Below, piece by piece: positions 58,107-64,000 of a stretch of 64,000 nucleotides of DNA. The notes beneath the pieces are model-generated. The model saw only the letters and a program-made list of their open reading frames with translations. It ran no database searches and was not told the DNA's origin. A program made the position numbers and the translations under genes. Position 1 is the stretch's first letter, and each line of letters opens with the position of its first letter. This stretch comes from Guillardia theta CCMP2712 (taxonomy: Eukaryota; Protista; Cryptophyta), in contig NW_005434508.1 in the NCBI RefSeq assembly GCF_000315625.1, positions 1 to 64,000 of the forward strand, given 5' to 3'.

Positions 58107-59010
58107 GCCCCCAGCGTTCCTAACACTCCTCTGCTCTGCTCTGCTCTGCTCTTCTCCTCTCTTTCTCTCTGCCCATGAGCCCCCACCTCCCCTGAGACAG
58201 GCCCATTCTGTTTTACATGCAATTGCTAGTTCTCCGTTTTGATCACCCTTCTCGTCTTGTCACCTCAGTGCTCAGTCTCCTTCCCTCTTCCTGAGTCTCT
58301 CACCCTAACCCCGCTCTCTCTCCTCCTCCTCACTTTCTCCGCAGGCTCTCGTAGGAGCTCTGCAGCGAGCCCTGCCAAAAGAGTTCTTCGATCCTGATGA
58401 GGTCGCATATCCTCCTTCTTCTCCTCCAGCACCTTCTCTAGCTGCTATTCTGCTCAATCGCCTGCTTCTCTTCCTCGTCCTCCTCATGCTCCCCCTTCTC
58501 TTGCTGCTCCACTAGCTCCTCCATCTCCTCCATCTCCACCTGCTCCTCCTTCTCTTGCTGACCCTCTTGCTGCTTCCTTGCCTGCCTCCTCCTTCAGTGT
58601 GTCTGTCTCGCTTGTTCTTCTCCTGCTCCTCCGCCATCTCCTCGCTTCATCTCTCTGCAGCAAGTGTGCTCCTGCTGATCCCGTGTAGGCGCTCATGGAC
58701 ACGACCTACCTGGACCCGCAGGTGAGGAAGGAGAAGAGAATCGAAGAGAGCAGGAGGAAGAGACTGCAGCGGGGCCGTTGATACCAACGATACGGCTGGA
58801 TGAGTCGAGATCGCTGAGTAGACAGAGGAGGAGGATGGAGAAGGCAGAGGAGGAGGAGAAGCGGGAGGAGGAGGATCGAATCAGAGTTGACAGTCGATGT
58901 AACAGGTGCGGCTTGTCTGCTACCTTGGGAAGAGATTTGCTGGCGTTCGTCATGTGTATTGTCGGCCAGAGCCAGAGAAAGAGGTTGAGCGCTGGTCAAC
59001 GTCAGAATGA
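58107..59010 (+). pseudogene. 5'-truncated duplicate of the fibrillin-like gene (last three exons plus a broken exon)
   Basis: Exons ALVGALQRALPKEFFDPDE, ALMDTTYLDPQ and VRLV..STSE* are intact; the upstream exon is cut to APSVP followed by TAA; no 5' half. Confidence 0.75.
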
Positions 59011-59106
59011 CATGATGAGAGGAGGAGAGAGAAAACAAGCAAGAGACTGGAAGCATCATGAAATGATTTACAAGAAAACAAACTTAGCATGTCAACATCT
59101 ACGTCT

Positions 59107-62100
59107 TCAAACGTGTCCTGACAGCAGCTCACTGGCTTTCTTCGCGACCTCTCCAAACACATCTATCAAGGTCGTCGTGACATCCGACCAGGCTGACTCC
59201 CCGCGTCTCTCGCTCGCGGCATCGCTGACTGTCTGCCTGTCGATGGCTGTGGAGGACAAGGTTGGCCGTTTCAGCCCTCTCCTCCCGCTGCTGCACTCCT
59301 CGATCGCCAGCGTATCCCAGCCGGCCTCCACGTCAAACTGATGGAAGACGAAGGAGACGGAGGAGGTGCCCGCTGGAGCGATGCTCCAAGAGAACGTCGT
59401 GGACGTCTGGTAGTTCCCTGGCCCATCCGTCACCATCCCCTGCAGGCTGTCGATCGCCCCTGTCCCTCCCCAGCTGCAGTCGTACACCCGCGTCGACCCC
59501 GCATAGATGGCCTTGAAGCCCTCTCGCCTCACCGAGTAGTCCGTCGACATCCTCACTCGCATGTACCCCGTCGAGCTCACAAGCGGCCCCGGCATCGTCG
59601 ACCCCGTCAGGCTCGCAAGCTGCGTGGAGGAGGAGCAGGAGGCGTCGCTGCACTCGTCGACGTACACGTAGTCGTAGCCGTACTCCATGTCCAGCTGGGT
59701 GAAGACGAGGGTGACGCTCGAGGCGCCGGCGGGAGCCAAGATCCAGCTGCAGGAGGCGCTGTTGCTGTAGAGCCCGACCCCGTCGGAGAGACCGCCGTAG
59801 TCGGCTTGGAGGGCGACGGCGGCGGGGGAGGCGCAGGCGTCAGCGTTGTAGGAGGGCTCAGGGCCCCAGCGAGCAAGGAAGCTTGCTTGAGCATCGGAGG
59901 TGAGGGAGACCTTGAGGATGCTGGTAGAGGAAGTGATGAGCGGTATCGTCGACGTGCTTGAGTAGGGGCTGCCGCTTATGATCGAGCAAGTCATGCCCGA
60001 GCTCGGGGGCGTCGTAGGCGCTGGGCTCGTAGTAGGAGCTGGGCTGGTAGTAGGAGCTTGGCTTGTGGTGGCAGCACGGCTGGTAGTAGGAGCTGGGCTG
60101 GTGGTGGGAGCACGGCTGGTAGTAGGCGCTGGGCTTGTGGTGGGAGCACGGCTGGTAGTAGGCGCTGGGCTTGTAGTGGGAGCTGGGCTGGTGGTAGGAG
60201 CTGGGCTGGTGGTAGGAGCTGGGCTGGTAGTAGGCACTGGGCTTGTGGTGGGAGCACGGCTGGTAGTAGGCGCTGGGCTTGTGGTGGGAGCACGGCTGGT
60301 AGTAGGCGCTGGGCTTGTGGTGGGAGCACGGCTGGTAGTAGGAGCTGGGCTGGTAGACGAGGTTGTTGGAGCTGGGCTTGTGGTGGGAGCACGGCTGGTG
60401 GACGAGGGGGGGATACACTGTCCGAGGTACAAGCGATCGAAGTTCTGCTCGATGTTCATCTCGAGGAAAGTGAGGCGGAGGCTGGAGGAGGAGGGAGGCT
60501 GAACCACAAACGAGCAGCGCAGGTTGTTGCCGTAGGCGCCGATCCCGTCGGAGAGGAGGCCGAAGCTCTCCTGCACCAGCCCACTGCTGGAGCAGTCGTG
60601 GAGGCGAGTGAGGAAGACAGCTCTGAAGCCCGGCGCTGTGACTGAGCCGTCGGAAGTGAAGACAACCTTCATGATGCCCGTGGAGGAGACGAGGAGGTCG
60701 GGGACGGCAGCCCCTGTGAACGGGCTTCCCTGCACCTGCACCGGAGAGGAGCAGGCGGCGGTAGAGCACTCGTAGACGTACACGAAGTCCCATCCGTTCT
60801 CCACGTTGAAGTCGAGGAACTTGAGGTAGACCTGCTGGGCAAGAGGAGGGGCGAGGATCCAAGTCTTGACCCAGTTGTTGTCGTAGTTCCCGTCCCCATC
60901 GGTCACGATCCCCTCAGATGCTGACAGCGTCACCACCTGGTTGCTCGTCCCGTTGCTGGACGGCAGCGACGAGGAGTCGCCGAACATGGCCAAGAAGCCC
61001 TTGCCCCCGATGCTTCCGTCCGAGACGAACTCGACCACGACGGGAGTCGGTCGAAGAGCAGCAGCTGGAGGCGTCGTGCCGGAGTAGGGGCTGCCAGAGT
61101 CGTAGGTGACTTGCTGGCAGACGGACGGGCTGATGAGGGGAGGAGCTGGGACACTGCAGTCCTGTCCTTGGAAGCCGATGTCGCAGGAGCAGGTGCCGAG
61201 CTTGCAGGTTCCATGTGACGAGCAGCCGTTGGGGCAAGTGAGGGCTGGGCAAGTCACCTCCTCCACGTCCCCCGTGACCACCAGCGAGAACTTCTGCGAG
61301 CTCCCTTGGATGTCGAGCCCTTCCACCATCACTCGGTACATGCCGCCCGTAGCGTTGGAGATGGTGACCTGCTCGCAGTTGTTGGCGTCGTCCTTGACCG
61401 GGTTGCCGCTGCTCGTGAGGTTGTTGCCGAACAAGAGCCTCCTGCTCGGGTCCTGCACCAAGAGGTTCAGGTCATGCATCAGCGTCCGCTGGCTCCCGAC
61501 AGGAGCAGGAGGATCCGTCCAGACGAGAGATGCGCGGAAGACAAGGGAGGACGGGCGGCTGGGGGCGAGGAAGCAGAAGTGTCTGGTCTGCTGGTCCTCG
61601 ACGACCTCCCGGTCATGCACCTTGAGCTTGAAGGGAGTGGAAGGGCCAAAGTAGAGGACGGACTCGAGGTCGACCCGTCCGAACCCTTGCGACACGTGAG
61701 GGAGCGAGGGAGGAAGCCTCCACGTCGACGACTCCGTGTACCACATGGGCTGACCCGCATGGATCATGATGGCCTTGACCAGCGACGCCGACGGCGCCAT
61801 GGCGGCGGAAGCGTTGCGGGCCCCGGAGGAGAGGAAGCCTTCGCGGAAGTACTGACGCACTAGCGCTGACGCGCCTGCGCATGTCGGGGTGGCCATGGAG
61901 GTGCCGCTCATCTCGGCGATGGAGCACTGGAAGGAGGTCAGGGTCCCGTCCGAGTAGGCCGACCGGATGCTCTCTCCCGGGCACACGATGTCCGGCTTGA
62001 ACCGTCCGTCCGGGGTTGGCCCGCGGGAGGAGAAGTCGACGAGGCCAGTCCTCTGCTTGTCATGCGCCGTCCCCGTGTATCCGTCGTAGTCTTGGTAGGC

Positions 62101-63488
62101 AGCGAGCGTGTTGGCTCCTGCTCCCACTGCCAGGATGTTCTTGGCCGTGGCGGGGGAGCCGATGGTTCCTGCTCCTGGCCCAGAGTTACCGGCAGCCACG
62201 AGGATGAGGAAGTCGTCGTGGTCGAAGATGAACTGATCCATCTCCTGCGCCGTGCTGGTGTAGGCCGAGGTCGACGACCCCCACGAGTTGGAGTGCAGGT
62301 TGGCCCCGACGGCGAAGGCATGAGGGAACAAGTCCGTGTTGAGGTCGTCGGGGAGCCACAGGCTGCTGCCGTCAGAGGAGATGTCGTCGAATGAGAGCTT
62401 TGCTTCCGGCGCTCCTCCGTTGTAGGAGACGGTGTAGTCGCTGGACAGAGAGTTGCCCAGGATCGAGCCGACGACATGTGTTCCATGGCCGTAGGAGGTG
62501 TCGCCCACGTTGGTGGAGGCGAAGTAGCGGTAGGAGACGATCTTCCTATGGTTCATGTTGACGCAGTTTGCGGGGGCTCCCAGGCCCTGACACGTCTTCA
62601 CCTGCTGGTTGGGGTCCTGGAAGAAACAGCTGTCGTAGTCCACCCCAGTGTCCGCACACCCGACGATCTCGCCGGAGCCCAGCAGGCCCTGGCTCCAGAG
62701 CTTGTTTTGCGTTCCATCATTGGACTGCACGGCCATGGACTAGGTGGGCAAGTCAGGAGCAGGAGGGAGGAAGCAGCTGCACTCACCGCATACTTGTTGT
62801 TGATGATGAAAGTCGGCCGCTCCTCGATACAGACCACCAGCGGCTGCTCTGCCAGCCAGGCCCACACAGCGTCTTCCTGTGCGACGTCCACAACCACCAC
62901 CACCTTGCTCGTGCTGGCCCATCGCATGGTGAAGGAGGAAGGAGGTACAACCTTGCGGAGGTCTCGCTGCCATGACATCAGCGTGCTCGCAAACGTTCCT
63001 CGCGTCTCGTTCGTCACTGCCACTTGCACGTCCAACGTGGCCGTGGCCCCTGCCGCCGCTCTGACCTGAGCAGCACGAGACGCTGTCTTGGCCTCCGCCG
63101 GCATGGCAAACACGCCCTCGACCCCCCGGAGGGAATGGACGGCCTCTGCGTGCGCGGCATCGAGCGCCATGAGGTAGGTGTCGTGAGGATAGTACTGCAT
63201 GTACTTGCCCGCCGCGATCGACCTCAAGCTGGCGACCACTGCTCTGGGGTCGGACACCCGAACAACGTAGAGGCTCAAGCTAGAGGACATGGAGCGAGTA
63301 GAGCTTTTGGACTTGTCATCGAAGACAAGCTTCCTCAAAGGAACGTCCTTCATGTTTAGAACGTGCCATGGGCGGCCAGTAAGCCTCTTGACACTGAGAT
63401 CATCATCCCGGTTGCTTGCTTTCCCCCAGCACGAGGAGAGCAGAAATGACACGAGAAAGATCAGACACTTCGTCTCAGACGGCGGCAT
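59107..63488 (-). CDS. Secreted subtilase-EGF-CUB protease, short copy (3 full plus 2 half CUB domains); intron 62740-62786
   Basis: Near-identical to 43851-49666 with an intact triad; exon 2 ORF is 1209 aa versus 1687 aa. Confidence 0.95.
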
Positions 63489-64000
63489 GGAGTCTCAAAG
63501 GAGGACACGCTCGTCGTATCAGGTAGAAGTTCCAGAACCGCTTGGGATAGACGCGACCGAGAGGAATGCGACGACCTAGACAGCAGCGATGCAAGCAGAT
63601 GGGAACAGGAAGAAAGACAAAAGAGGGGAGGAAGGGGAGGGAGACGGGAGGGTGGCAGGGAGAGGGGGTGCGAGAGTGCGAGGGGAGAGTTCGAGGATAG
63701 ATTGTTATGAGGAGCTTGATCTATCGGGGAACATTGACGAGATCACGGTGCTTGCTGTTGGCTTTACTGCTATTTTACTACACCCGATCCTTATCCTAAC
63801 CGACAAAATGACCATTCGGTCTTCCATGTAGCAAATGCGGTAACTTCTCAGGCTACCCCCACCCCACTAAACCCTATCAACGGGACCCCTACCCCACCAC
63901 TTCTTTGTTCCGAACAGCCTAATCCCTACAGCAACTTAGCAACTGAAACATAAAACCGTGAAACTGAGGCTTCACCGCCTCCTCACTTCACTCTTGAGCC

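Larger units (their letters stand above)
58090..63804. repeat. Right arm of the inverted segmental duplication
   Basis: Reverse complement of 43584-50766, lacking two CUB-pair units. Confidence 0.95.

Noticed and set aside
1-64000. tRNA/rRNA genes, transposase or reverse transcriptase ORFs, endogenous virus genes
   Set aside because: None recognisable by eye; a covariance-model or HMM scan would be needed to exclude small ncRNAs.

Overview
Gene-dense, intron-rich nuclear DNA of an alga with a red-derived secondary plastid, most likely a cryptophyte such as Guillardia theta. This is inferred from ~50-bp GT-AG introns, a chlorophyll a/c LHC with a signal peptide plus AFAP presequence, and other bipartite plastid presequences. 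Identifiable genes, left to right: VPS35L (runs off the left edge), U2A'/SNRPA1, a SHAQKY-type Myb, an LHC, an atypical MAPK, a Pro-rich 3' fragment, a large GCN1-like HEAT protein, a plant-type glucosylceramide synthase, an intronless MgtE_N-like solenoid, a plastid NAD(P)-binding protein, an intronless tyrosine kinase-RING, a secreted subtilase-EGF-CUB protease present as a near-identical inverted pair, a PAP/fibrillin-like protein and a TBC Rab-GAP. Three hypothetical genes and a small ORF lie between them, and there are three assembly gaps. Best leads: (1) the protease CUB array starts with an orphan C-terminal half-domain and ends with an orphan N-terminal half-domain, and carries length-variable mucin/Pro loops between paired cysteines; (2) a tyrosine kinase with WNK-style lysine relocation fused to a RING; (3) a MAPK with TVK in place of TxY; (4) a 22-bp-TIR MITE-like element and promoter-associated CCGG/TGAGTCA palindrome islands. 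Exon boundaries were read by eye and gene ends marked approximate are uncertain. No database searches were run.
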